Of a DNA stretch of 64,000 nt, positions 1 through 8,108 are shown piece by piece. Within the stretch, counting starts at the first letter, position 1, and every line of letters begins with the position of its first letter. The position numbers were made by a program, and so were the translations under genes. Below the pieces are notes generated by a model. That model saw only the letters and a program-made list of their open reading frames with translations. It was not told the DNA's origin and searched no databases. The DNA comes from Candidatus Anstonellales archaeon (GTDB taxonomy: Archaea; Micrarchaeota; Micrarchaeia; Anstonellales; J096): contig JAWAFD010000003.1 in NCBI GenBank assembly GCA_038890745.1, positions 77,375 through 141,374 of the forward strand. Direction: 5' to 3'.

Positions 1-69
1 GATTTCTTTTGACTTTAGATGAGGTTTGTCGCTCAAGTCTGGCGCATTACCTGGTTCTGCCACCCTGGC
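1..69 (-). tRNA. tRNA-Ser(TGA) with an intron at 37/38 (intron about 4..31), truncated by the window edge
   Basis: Minus strand reads GCCAGGG TG GCA GAACCAGGTAA TGC G CCAGA CT TGA G, then about 28 nt of intron with GAC/GTC pairing, then ATC, which is the start of the A-TCTGG 3' anticodon stem, at the window edge. Confidence 0.85.
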
Positions 70-183
70 GTTCGCAAGAGTTTTAATTTTTTTCTTGCAA
101 GTTTATTTATGAACTGGCAAACTCTTTTAATGTTTTTCATTCTTTTATTTTCGTTTGCCTGCGTAGAGCAGGGGGGTGAGAAC

Positions 184-726
184 ATGGCCTTGAAAGGAAA
201 AAGGATTGCGATGATCATCGCACCTGAAAATTTTAGGGATGAAGAATTTAACATTCCATACAAGTATTTTACAAATAAAGGGGCTGTTGTGGATGTTTTC
301 AGTACAAAAAAAGGAACAGCACGGGGAATGTTTGGAACAACGGTTAGCGTTAACAAAACAATACAGGAGCTTGGGGTAAGCAATTATGATGCAATAGTTT
401 TTGTTGGTGGAGCAGGAACCCCAACAGTAAGAAAAGAAGAGAGAGCGATTGAGATTGCTCAGGAAGCTGTTGAGCAGGATAAGGTTTTGGGCGCGATATG
501 CTGGGCACCAACCATTTTAGCAAAAGCAGGGGTTTTAGAAGGAAAGAATGCAACCGTTTGGGTTGGGGATGACCCGGAGTATGGAATGAGAACGGATAAG
601 GTTTTGGAAAAATTTGGTGCAACATTCAGCGGTGAGGGGTATACTGTTGATGGAAAAATAGTCACTGCAAACGGTCCAGCAAATGCAGAAAATTTTGCAA
701 AGGCAATAGAAAAACTCCTTTCTTGA
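184..726 (+). CDS. DJ-1/PfpI family protein (possible lipoprotein-type alternative start at 109)
   Basis: FRDEE, FVGGAG and GAICWAP nucleophile elbow, IVTANGP; GGGGTGA SD before ATG 184. Confidence 0.9.
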   Translation: MALKGKRIAMIIAPENFRDEEFNIPYKYFTNKGAVVDVFSTKKGTARGMFGTTVSVNKTIQELGVSNYDAIVFVGGAGTPTVRKEERAIEIAQEAVEQDKVLGAICWAPTILAKAGVLEGKNATVWVGDDPEYGMRTDKVLEKFGATFSGEGYTVDGKIVTANGPANAENFAKAIEKLLS

Positions 727-730
727 TTTT

Positions 731-1498
731 TTATTTTCCTGATATCTCTGTGCAAACCGGTTTTTTCTTTCCCAAAAGCAGCGCTTCGATTCTGTTTGGA
801 TGAAGGGCATTAACAACGTACGCAGGCCTTCTTGCTTTCATGATCTCCAAAATCTTTCCTCTCATCCCTCCTGTTACATCCGTTGTTCCAGCCCCTCCAA
901 GATGCTTTGATACTTTTTCAAAATTTTTTCTAGTTATTTTTTCAACAACTTTTCCATCTGCCAAAACCCCATCAACATTCGTTCCAAGAACGATAATTTC
1001 AGCATCCTTTCCTAACTCTGCAACTATCTTGTCTCCTGAGCAAACACTCCCCCCAAGTTTTTCATCCAAAACCATGTCTCCGTAGAGAACAGGAAGAAAA
1101 CCGGCTTTCAAATACTCATAAACAATTTTTTTGTTAAAACTTTTTATCCGGCCGTTTTTTTGTTTGATTATTACTGCCGGAGGAATGGAAATACTCGGAA
1201 CACCATATTTTATCAACGCATCCACTACAAGGGAGGAGAGGTACGCGCAGGAGGAATGCGTGTAGGAATATCCTACCCTGTCCTTTTCGGTTTTAATCCC
1301 TTTTTCTATTCCATATACCATAACCGGCCTATGGCCAAAAGAGCCGGCACCGTGCACAACAATTATTTTTATGCCCCTTTTCCATACGCCGGCAAGCATC
1401 TTTACGAGCGCCTCTATGTTCTCTATATTCGGCTCCTTATATCCGCTCTTTTTTGTTATCACGCTTCCTCCAAGTTTTACAATTTTTAATTTTTTCAT
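731..1498 (-). CDS. ipk: Isopentenyl phosphate kinase (amino-acid kinase fold)
   Basis: KLGGSVIT, VHGAGSFGH, PVLYGD, SGD and DVTGGM motifs; next to mevalonate-pathway genes. Confidence 0.92.
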   Translation of the reverse strand: MKKLKIVKLGGSVITKKSGYKEPNIENIEALVKMLAGVWKRGIKIIVVHGAGSFGHRPVMVYGIEKGIKTEKDRVGYSYTHSSCAYLSSLVVDALIKYGVPSISIPPAVIIKQKNGRIKSFNKKIVYEYLKAGFLPVLYGDMVLDEKLGGSVCSGDKIVAELGKDAEIIVLGTNVDGVLADGKVVEKITRKNFEKVSKHLGGAGTTDVTGGMRGKILEIMKARRPAYVVNALHPNRIEALLLGKKKPVCTEISGK

Positions 1499-1550
1499 AT
1501 GGGTTATTTCAATGTAAATGGTTTAAAACATTTCATTCAAATACTTAACA

Positions 1551-2084
1551 ATGAAAATTTTAGTGGCGATTACCGGAGCTTCCGGCTTAGTTTACGGAGT
1601 ACGAACAGCTGAAGTGCTAAAGAGATTGGGGCATGAGGTTTTTGTTGTTGTGAGCGAGGGGGCGAGGAAGGTTGCAAAGTACGAAAATGTAAAGCTTCCG
1701 AAAAGTGATTTTAATGAAAATGAGCTTGATGCCCCCTTTGCCTCTGGCTCATACAAACTAGATGGGATGATAGTTTCTCCGTGCTCTCTGAAAACTCTTG
1801 GGGAGATCGCAAACGGGGTTGGAAGCAACCTTATTGCAAGGGCTGGAGAAGTGATGCTTAAAGAGAGGAGAAGGCTTGTTCTTGTTATAAGGGAAACCCC
1901 GCTTTCATATGTTGCGATTAAAAACATGGAAACCATTACCCTTGCGGGAGGGATTGTTCTTCCTGCTTCCCCCGGGTTTTACCATTCGCCGAAAACAATA
2001 GAGGATATGGTGGATTTTGTCGTTGGAAAAACGCTAGATCAGTTTGGAATACAGCACAGGCTTTTTAGGAGGTGGAAAGGATGA
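1551..2084 (+). CDS. ubiX: Flavin prenyltransferase UbiX
   Basis: AITGASG, ASGS, PCS, RETPL and PGFYH motifs. Confidence 0.95.
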   Translation: MKILVAITGASGLVYGVRTAEVLKRLGHEVFVVVSEGARKVAKYENVKLPKSDFNENELDAPFASGSYKLDGMIVSPCSLKTLGEIANGVGSNLIARAGEVMLKERRRLVLVIRETPLSYVAIKNMETITLAGGIVLPASPGFYHSPKTIEDMVDFVVGKTLDQFGIQHRLFRRWKG

Positions 2085-3388
2085 AATCAAAATCTTTTAG
2101 GGATTTTTTGAAAGAGCTTGAGAAAAGGAAAAAATTAATAAAAATAAAGAAGCCGGTTTCAAAAAATTTGGAAGCAGCAGGCCTGCTCAAAGCCCTTGAT
2201 GGCAATCCGGTAATGCTTGAAAAGATAAAGGGTTCAGAATATAAAATTGCCGGGAATGTTTTTTCGACAAGGGAATTGGTTGCAGAGTGTTTGGGGGTAA
2301 AAAAGGATGCTCTGGTTGGAAAAATGATGAATGCAATAAACAACCCAACAAAACCAAAGCTTGTTGAAAAGAAAAAAGCACCGGTCCTTGAAATAACCGA
2401 AAAGAATGTCGACCTCTCAAAACTTCCTGTTCTTTTCCACTGCGAAAAGGATGGTGGGCCATATTTCTCTTCTGCTGTGATTGTTGCAAAGGACCCTGTG
2501 CTTGGGCATAATTGTTCTTTCCACAGATTGATGATGATCGGAAAGGACAGGGTAGTGGCGAGGATTCTTCCAAGGCATCTTGATGAATTTATAAAAAGAG
2601 CTGGGGGAGAGCTTGAGGTTGCGATAGTTGTTGGCGCGCCCATAAACTTTCTTCTCGGTGCAGCAACATCTGTAGAACTAGGGCAGAACGAGATGGAGAT
2701 AGCGAACTCTCTCATGCCTCTTGAGGTTGTTGAATTAGAAAATGGAATCCAGGTTCCTGCCCATGCAGAGTTTGTTCTTGAAGCCACTGTTACAAATGAG
2801 ATGCACGATGAAGGACCTTTTGTTGATCTGACCGAAACCTATGATATAGTTAGAAAACAAAGGGTTGTGAAAGTAAACAAGATCCACCATAGAAAAAATG
2901 CAATATACCACGCGCTCCTTCCCGGTGGATTGGAGCACAAGGTCCTGATGGGAATGCCGCGGGAGCCTACTATTTTCAATGAGGTAAATAAGGTTGTTGA
3001 GTGCAGGGGCGTGAACATAACTCCCGGTGGATGCTCCTGGCTTCATGCCGTTGTTTCAATAAAAAAGAAAAATGAGGATGATGGAAAAAAGGCAATAGAG
3101 GCTGCGTTTTTAGGCCACAAATCCATGAAGCACGTAGTAATTGTTGATGATGATATAGATATATACAATCCGAACGAGGTTGAGTGGGCCATTGCTACGA
3201 GGTTCCAAGCGGATAAAAAACTAGTTGTAAAAACGCATCAGAAAGGCTCTTCCCTTGATCCTTCAGCAGACCCAAATACCTATGAGACAACAAAAGCAGG
3301 AATAGATGCGACAAAACCAATTGTTGCGCATGGAAAAAATTTTGAGAAAGCTTTGTATAAAAAAGTAGATGTGAAAAAATATTTGTGA
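2081..3388 (+). CDS. UbiD-family prFMN decarboxylase, probably anhydromevalonate phosphate decarboxylase
   Basis: DGGPY, EGPF, VDDDID...WAIATR and SLDPS motifs; flanked by ubiX, AcnX subunits and ipk. Confidence 0.88.
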   Translation: MKSKSFRDFLKELEKRKKLIKIKKPVSKNLEAAGLLKALDGNPVMLEKIKGSEYKIAGNVFSTRELVAECLGVKKDALVGKMMNAINNPTKPKLVEKKKAPVLEITEKNVDLSKLPVLFHCEKDGGPYFSSAVIVAKDPVLGHNCSFHRLMMIGKDRVVARILPRHLDEFIKRAGGELEVAIVVGAPINFLLGAATSVELGQNEMEIANSLMPLEVVELENGIQVPAHAEFVLEATVTNEMHDEGPFVDLTETYDIVRKQRVVKVNKIHHRKNAIYHALLPGGLEHKVLMGMPREPTIFNEVNKVVECRGVNITPGGCSWLHAVVSIKKKNEDDGKKAIEAAFLGHKSMKHVVIVDDDIDIYNPNEVEWAIATRFQADKKLVVKTHQKGSSLDPSADPNTYETTKAGIDATKPIVAHGKNFEKALYKKVDVKKYL

Positions 3389-3397
3389 GGGAATGGT

Positions 3398-4573
3398 ATG
3401 GTGGAGCTAACAAAAAGAGAACAAAAAATGCTTGATGGAGAGTTTGGGGAAGCAACCCAGGAGGCCATGGAGATTCTTGTTGCATTAGCGAAAATCTACG
3501 ATGCAAAAAACATGATTCCAGTTTCCTCTGCTCAAATAGCAGGGGTTTCTTATGCAACGATAGGGGATGCAGGTTTGGAATATTTGAAAGAGTTTGCGAG
3601 AAAGGGAGCGAAGGTAAGAATTCCTGCGTTCCTCAATCCGGCTGGAATGGACTTGGAGCAATGGAAGGAGATGAGAGTGCCTGAGGAGTTTGCAAAAAAA
3701 CAGATAGAAATAATGAATGCTTATATCAACATGGGGGTTCATCCAACTGCTACATGCACCCCTTACCTGATTGGAATAAGGCCGAAAAGAGGGGAGCATG
3801 TTGCGTGGAGCGAGAGCTCTGCTGTTGTTTTTGCAAATTCAGTTTTGGGTGCGAGGACTAACAGGGAAGGAGGACCTTCTGCTCTTGCAGCGGCGATGTG
3901 CGGGGTTACTCCGAATTACGGATTGCATTTGGATGAAAACAGGTTTTGCAGTTTGCTTGTTGAGGTAGAGGCAAAATTGGAAAAAATCTCAGATTTTGGT
4001 GCGCTCGGCTATCATGTTGGCGCGCTTGCAAAGGGAAAAAACCCTGCGTTTTTTGGAATAAAAAAAGCAACAGAGGATCAGCTAAAATCCCTAGGCGCAG
4101 CAATGGCCGCCTCTGGCTCGGTTGCTTTGTACAACATGAAGAACATAACACCAGAGTACAGGGTGATTGATAGACCGGAAAAGATAACAATTACCGAAAG
4201 GGAAATAAAGGAAACAAAAGAAAAACTGAGTGAAACAAAGAAGGTTGAGCTCATGACATTCGGCTGTCCGCATGCTTCGATAGAAGAGATAAAAGAGATT
4301 GCAGAGAAGATAAAGGGAAAAAAACTGAAATGCGAACTGTGGATATGCACAGCGAGAAAAACAAAAGAGAAGGCAGATAGGCTCGGCTTGACAAAAATAA
4401 TACAGAAGGCAGGGGGGAGGATCGTTGCTGACACCTGTATGGTTGTCTCTCCTCTTTATGAGATGGGATACAGAAAAACCTCAACAAACTCTGGAAAATC
4501 CGCAAAATATTTGAGGGATTTGTGCAGGCAAAAAGTTTTTTTCGGTGAGTTGGAGGAGATGGTATGCGAGTGA
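3398..4573 (+). CDS. Aconitase X catalytic subunit, probably phosphomevalonate dehydratase large subunit
   Basis: TCTPY, AWSESSA, GARTNREGG, GCPH, DTCMVV and TNSGK motifs. Confidence 0.9.
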   Translation: MVELTKREQKMLDGEFGEATQEAMEILVALAKIYDAKNMIPVSSAQIAGVSYATIGDAGLEYLKEFARKGAKVRIPAFLNPAGMDLEQWKEMRVPEEFAKKQIEIMNAYINMGVHPTATCTPYLIGIRPKRGEHVAWSESSAVVFANSVLGARTNREGGPSALAAAMCGVTPNYGLHLDENRFCSLLVEVEAKLEKISDFGALGYHVGALAKGKNPAFFGIKKATEDQLKSLGAAMAASGSVALYNMKNITPEYRVIDRPEKITITEREIKETKEKLSETKKVELMTFGCPHASIEEIKEIAEKIKGKKLKCELWICTARKTKEKADRLGLTKIIQKAGGRIVADTCMVVSPLYEMGYRKTSTNSGKSAKYLRDLCRQKVFFGELEEMVCE

Positions 4574-4959
4574 AAGGGACCATAATTTCGCGCGGAAAAG
4601 CAGAGGGCAGGGTTTTGCTCAGCAAGGACCCTATATCTTTTCTCGGCGGAGTTGACCCGAAAACCGGGATAGTTATTGAAAAGGGTCACTCTATCTATGG
4701 CAGATGCATTTCTGGGACCATCCTAGTTTTTCCAAGAGGGAAGGGCTCAACCGTCGGCTCCTATGTCATGCTTCAATTGAAGAAAAACGGAAAAGCACCC
4801 GCAGGGATAATAAACGTTGATGCGGAGCCAATAATCGCGGTTGGGGCAATAATTTCAAACATACCGATGCTTGCTAAACTTGAGAAAGACCCATACTCAT
4901 TTTTAAAAAACGGAATGAAAGTAAAGGTGGATGCGGAGGAAGGGTTTGTGGAATATTAA
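4564..4959 (+). CDS. AcnX swivel subunit (DUF126), phosphomevalonate dehydratase small subunit
   Basis: ISFLGGVDPKTG and GKGSTVGS motifs. Confidence 0.9.
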   Translation: MRVKGTIISRGKAEGRVLLSKDPISFLGGVDPKTGIVIEKGHSIYGRCISGTILVFPRGKGSTVGSYVMLQLKKNGKAPAGIINVDAEPIIAVGAIISNIPMLAKLEKDPYSFLKNGMKVKVDAEEGFVEY

Positions 4960-5732
4960 AATATCCGCTTTAATTTAACGCTCCTTTCGCTAATCTCTCT
5001 TTTTGTTTGTTTTCTTTTTTCTTCCGATTCATTTTCCAGCGCTTTACATATTGCCGCCCATACCCTTCCTTTCTTTTCTTTTTCAGGAGTGTTAGCTATG
5101 AGAGCAGCTAAGGCATTCTTTGCTCCTTCGCTTATTCCAGGCTCAGGAGAATTGCACTTTTTTGCTAACAATTGGAGAACCCTTTTTGAGACAAAGGTTG
5201 AGTCTACGTCCATTAAAATAGCATACGCAACCCGATGGTTGTCAGTATATGCCGCGGGTCTAATGAGATTTCCGATAAGGTCAGAAAACCACGCCTTTAT
5301 TCTTAAACTATGCTTGCAGTCCTCAGTCGCGTAAACCAATTCTCTTGCAACTATCCCATAAAATTTTTTTGTATCCAGATTTGCGCTTCCATCCATAACT
5401 CTTGCCACAAGTGCCATTAAGATTCCATCCCGAAACATTTCAAGCTTTTTCTCAGGTTCGCCCGAAGCCGCAACATCTTTCATTATCCCTTTTTTAAATT
5501 CCTCATCTGAAATTTCTGTTTTAAAAACATGAGAAAGGAGCATTGCAAACCATCTTGCTCCATTTTCCCCGCAATCGTACAAATCATTTATTGCCCTCTC
5601 CATGAGCAAAAATATCTCTCTCGGCTTCTTTTTTATCTCATTCCATTCCTTTGCGATCACGGCAGGGTTTCCGTTGCTCTCTTTTATTCTAAAAAGATGG
5701 GCAGCCAAACTATTATCATCATAGTTATACAT
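4956..5732 (-). CDS. Hypothetical alpha-helical protein (start probably ATG 5732 rather than 5882)
   Basis: Long ORF; TATA-like TTTAAA about 30 nt upstream of 5732; no recognised motif. Confidence 0.6.
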   Translation of the reverse strand: MYNYDDNSLAAHLFRIKESNGNPAVIAKEWNEIKKKPREIFLLMERAINDLYDCGENGARWFAMLLSHVFKTEISDEEFKKGIMKDVAASGEPEKKLEMFRDGILMALVARVMDGSANLDTKKFYGIVARELVYATEDCKHSLRIKAWFSDLIGNLIRPAAYTDNHRVAYAILMDVDSTFVSKRVLQLLAKKCNSPEPGISEGAKNALAALIANTPEKEKKGRVWAAICKALENESEEKRKQTKREISERSVKLKRIF

Positions 5733-5790
5733 ACAATACAACATTGTTGGGGAAATATTTTTAAACATTTCTATATGTAATAATAAAAAC

Positions 5791-5871
5791 ATGAACCATA
5801 GCAAAATACTACCAAAAGTTTCTGCGATCTCCCCAGCTATGGTTTTCAGCTTCTTCTTTTTCCCCCAGTAA
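5791..5871 (+). CDS. Putative 26-aa leader peptide MNHSKILPKVSAISPAMVFSFFFFPQ
   Basis: ATG about 26 nt after TTTAAA; five Phe codons in six positions before CCC CAG TAA; homologous to 6540..6626. Confidence 0.6.
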   Translation: MNHSKILPKVSAISPAMVFSFFFFPQ

Positions 5872-5988
5872 GGGGGAGACACTAGAATTTATTTTTTAAA
5901 AAATTTCTAGCGCTCTGCGCTGTTTTTTATTTGTTTGTTAAAAACATAAAAAACAAAAAATAAAAACAAAAAAGAGGTGATGGATATG
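5861..5988 (+). repeat. 128-bp direct repeat, copy 1 (hairpins, U-tract, SD and start codon)
   Basis: Identical to 6616..6743 on reading (TCCCCCAGTAAGGGGGAGAC...GAGGTGATGGATATG). Confidence 0.95.
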
Positions 5989-6450
5989 TTGATTGGTTTG
6001 GAGGTTGCGGCAAAATCTGCCGTGGAAAGAGCGAATGGAAGAGTGCCAAGGATGAGGGAGATAGTAAAAGAACTGGATCTTGTTGAGGAGGCTAGGTTAG
6101 AGGTAGGCAAGAGTTTGAGACGCGCAGGAGTTGATGAGCTAATCAAGGAGATCAATAAGATTCCATATCCTACTATGCTAAATCTATCTGATGTTTTGGC
6201 TGCGCTGTCTCGCGTGGAAAGCGAAGGAAAAAGACTGATTGCGGGGGACAAGGCTGTTCTCATCGGTGTCCTCAAAGGACTTGCTGCTTTGGAGAAATGC
6301 AAGCGTACATACGACTCCACACTAAAACAGAGCTTGAGTACACTTATTCAAAATGCAATAGCGAGGATTGAGCTTGGGATTTATAAGAGAAGCCCCCCCT
6401 CTCCATCTCCAAAAGAAGATATGGGAATAAGCTACTACGCACCCTGGTGA
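5980..6450 (+). CDS. Orphan helical protein downstream of repeat copy 1
   Basis: GAGGTGA SD, open frame of about 155 aa, followed by a T-tract; exact start (5980 or 5986) uncertain. Confidence 0.7.
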   Translation: MDMLIGLEVAAKSAVERANGRVPRMREIVKELDLVEEARLEVGKSLRRAGVDELIKEINKIPYPTMLNLSDVLAALSRVESEGKRLIAGDKAVLIGVLKGLAALEKCKRTYDSTLKQSLSTLIQNAIARIELGIYKRSPPSPSPKEDMGISYYAPW

Positions 6451-6462
6451 TTGAGGCGCTCT

Positions 6463-6492
6463 ATTTTTCTTCTTTTTTTATTTTTTCTTTTT
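6463..6492 (+). terminator. Oligo-T archaeal terminator
   Basis: Long T-rich run directly after the stop codon. Confidence 0.55.
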
Positions 6493-6539
6493 GCCAAAAC
6501 AAAACATTTAAAAATATTTCGCTGCATAAAAATAAAAAC

Positions 6540-6626
6540 ATGAACCTATACGGAACTACACAAATGGGATTTGCGAAGACCCCAGCCGCAGTTCCGTCCC
6601 TCATCCTAATTCTCATCCCCCAGTAA
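6540..6626 (+). CDS. Putative 28-aa leader peptide MNLYGTTQMGFAKTPAAVPSLILILIPQ
   Basis: ATG about 30 nt after TTTAAAAA; shares AATAAAAACATGAACC with unit 1; Leu/Ile run before CCC CAG TAA. Confidence 0.6.
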   Translation: MNLYGTTQMGFAKTPAAVPSLILILIPQ

Positions 6627-6743
6627 GGGGGAGACACTAGAATTTATTTTTTAAAAAATTTCTAGCGCTCTGCGCTGTTTTTTATTTGTTTGTTAAAAAC
6701 ATAAAAAACAAAAAATAAAAACAAAAAAGAGGTGATGGATATG
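6616..6743 (+). repeat. 128-bp direct repeat, copy 2
   Basis: Identical to 5861..5988 (offset 755 nt). Confidence 0.95.
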
Positions 6744-7001
6744 GAAAAGATGGTTGATAAAAATGGTGGGTCTGTTAGGAAGCCGGGGAAAGGCTTTGCG
6801 GCCAAAGAGCCAGAAGTAGATAGGGTTTCCAAAGTACCTTCCAGAGAAGAAATGGCTAAAGCAGTTAGAGAGTGGTGCAAAAAAAATGGATACGACCCAG
6901 ATGAAACTATGAAGAGGTACTTTAATGGAGTGAGGGAAAAGAGCGAAGAGGAAAAAGCTCGGGACGAGTTCCATGAATACTGGGTAAACCTGCTGGTCTG
7001 A
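6735..7001 (+). CDS. Small orphan protein downstream of repeat copy 2
   Basis: GAGGTGA SD, about 88 aa, followed by a T-tract; exact start (6735 or 6741) uncertain. Confidence 0.65.
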   Translation: MDMEKMVDKNGGSVRKPGKGFAAKEPEVDRVSKVPSREEMAKAVREWCKKNGYDPDETMKRYFNGVREKSEEEKARDEFHEYWVNLLV

Positions 7002-7032
7002 CACCTAAAAAATTGGCCAACGCGGCTGGGGG

Positions 7033-7062
7033 TTTCTTTCTTTTTTCTTTTTTTATTTTATT
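7033..7062 (+). terminator. Oligo-T terminator
   Basis: TTTCTTTCTTTTTTCTTTTTTTATTTATT after the orphan ORF. Confidence 0.55.
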
Positions 7063-7073
7063 CGAACCAAAAA

Positions 7074-7165
7074 GCAAACCTATTTAAACATTTCTCCTAA
7101 AAATTATTCTTCACTCCTTATGAGGAGGCGTCCCCGGTTTGGTTTGGGGCAACGCGGGTGAAAAA
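7074..7165 (+). promoter_or_regulatory. Promoter (TATTTAAA 7081-7088) and structured 5' leader of the ribosomal protein operon
   Basis: TATA box, then GC-rich hairpins with a helix that can sequester the GGTGA SD. Confidence 0.55.
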
Positions 7166-8104
7166 ATGACAGATATAAGAAAGCCCAGAGCAGGTTCGTT
7201 AGCATACAGGCCTAGGAAAAGGGCAGAGAAGGAGCTGCCCAGCATAAACTACTGGCCTGAGGTTAGCGATAAGGCCATCCTGGGTTTTGCCGGTTATAAG
7301 GTTGGGATGACAACGATAGGGTTCATAGATAATACAAACAGCCCTACAAAGGGGCAGGAGGTTATAACCGGGGCAACGATTCTTGAGGCCCCTCCTATGA
7401 AGGTATATGGTATAAGAGCATACAACAATGGAAATTCTGTTGTTGATGAATATGTAGAGGATAAAGAAGTTCTGAAAATGCTGAATGCAAAAAAAATTGC
7501 GAAAAAAGAAATAAAGGAATGGAAGAATATTGTTCTTCTCGCATTTGCTCAGCCAAGCCTTACAAAAATTGGGAAAAAGCACATAGAGCGAATGGAGATA
7601 GGAATTGGCGGTGGAGATCAGAAGCTTGAGTATGCGAGGAGCCTACTCGGAAAAGAGTTGCATATCTTTGATGTGTTCAAACCAGGTCAGTTTGTTGATG
7701 TTATCGCGGTTACAAAAGGAAAGGGATGGCAAGGGCCTGTTAAAAGGTTTGGGGTTAGCATGCAAAGGCCAAAAGCAACCGGAAGGAGAAGGCACGTAGG
7801 AAATATCGGACCTTTCCATCCCGGCTATACAATGTACACAGCAAGAATGGCCGGCCAACTCGGGTATCATAAGAGAACTGAGCTGAACAAATGGATAGTA
7901 AAAATAGGAAAGAAGGAGGAGGCAGAGGCGATCAATCCAGAGGGAGGGTTCCCGCATTATGGTTTTGTTCTTAATGATTATATTATGTTGAAGGGAAGCG
8001 TTCCTGGCGCGATAAAAAGGCCAGTGAGATTACGCCTTTCGCTGAGAAAACCCGGGCAGGTGCTTGAACCGAAAATTACTTATATATCCAAAGGTATAAG
8101 GTGA
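7166..8104 (+). CDS. rpl3: 50S ribosomal protein uL3
   Basis: KPRAGSLAYRPRKR, AGYKVGMT, TKGKGWQGPVKRFG. Confidence 0.97.
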   Translation: MTDIRKPRAGSLAYRPRKRAEKELPSINYWPEVSDKAILGFAGYKVGMTTIGFIDNTNSPTKGQEVITGATILEAPPMKVYGIRAYNNGNSVVDEYVEDKEVLKMLNAKKIAKKEIKEWKNIVLLAFAQPSLTKIGKKHIERMEIGIGGGDQKLEYARSLLGKELHIFDVFKPGQFVDVIAVTKGKGWQGPVKRFGVSMQRPKATGRRRHVGNIGPFHPGYTMYTARMAGQLGYHKRTELNKWIVKIGKKEEAEAINPEGGFPHYGFVLNDYIMLKGSVPGAIKRPVRLRLSLRKPGQVLEPKITYISKGIR

Positions 8105-8108
8105 GAGA

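Noticed and set aside
19..108. N-terminal extension of the 19..726 ORF
   Set aside because: It overlaps the minus-strand tRNA-Ser and promoter-like sequence; the real start is 109 or 184.
5733..5882. N-terminal 50 aa of ORF 4956..5882
   Set aside because: It runs through the TATA box and the antisense of the leader uORF; probably not translated.
5861..6743. 128-bp repeats as a CRISPR array, IS ends or att sites
   Set aside because: Only two long copies; no spacers, cas genes, transposase or integrase in the window; no target-site duplication seen.
5907..6880. Antisense ORFs 5907..6320 and 6662..6880 with identical C-termini
   Set aside because: The shared tail is simply the reverse complement of the 128-bp repeat; SD sites and terminators support the + strand genes.
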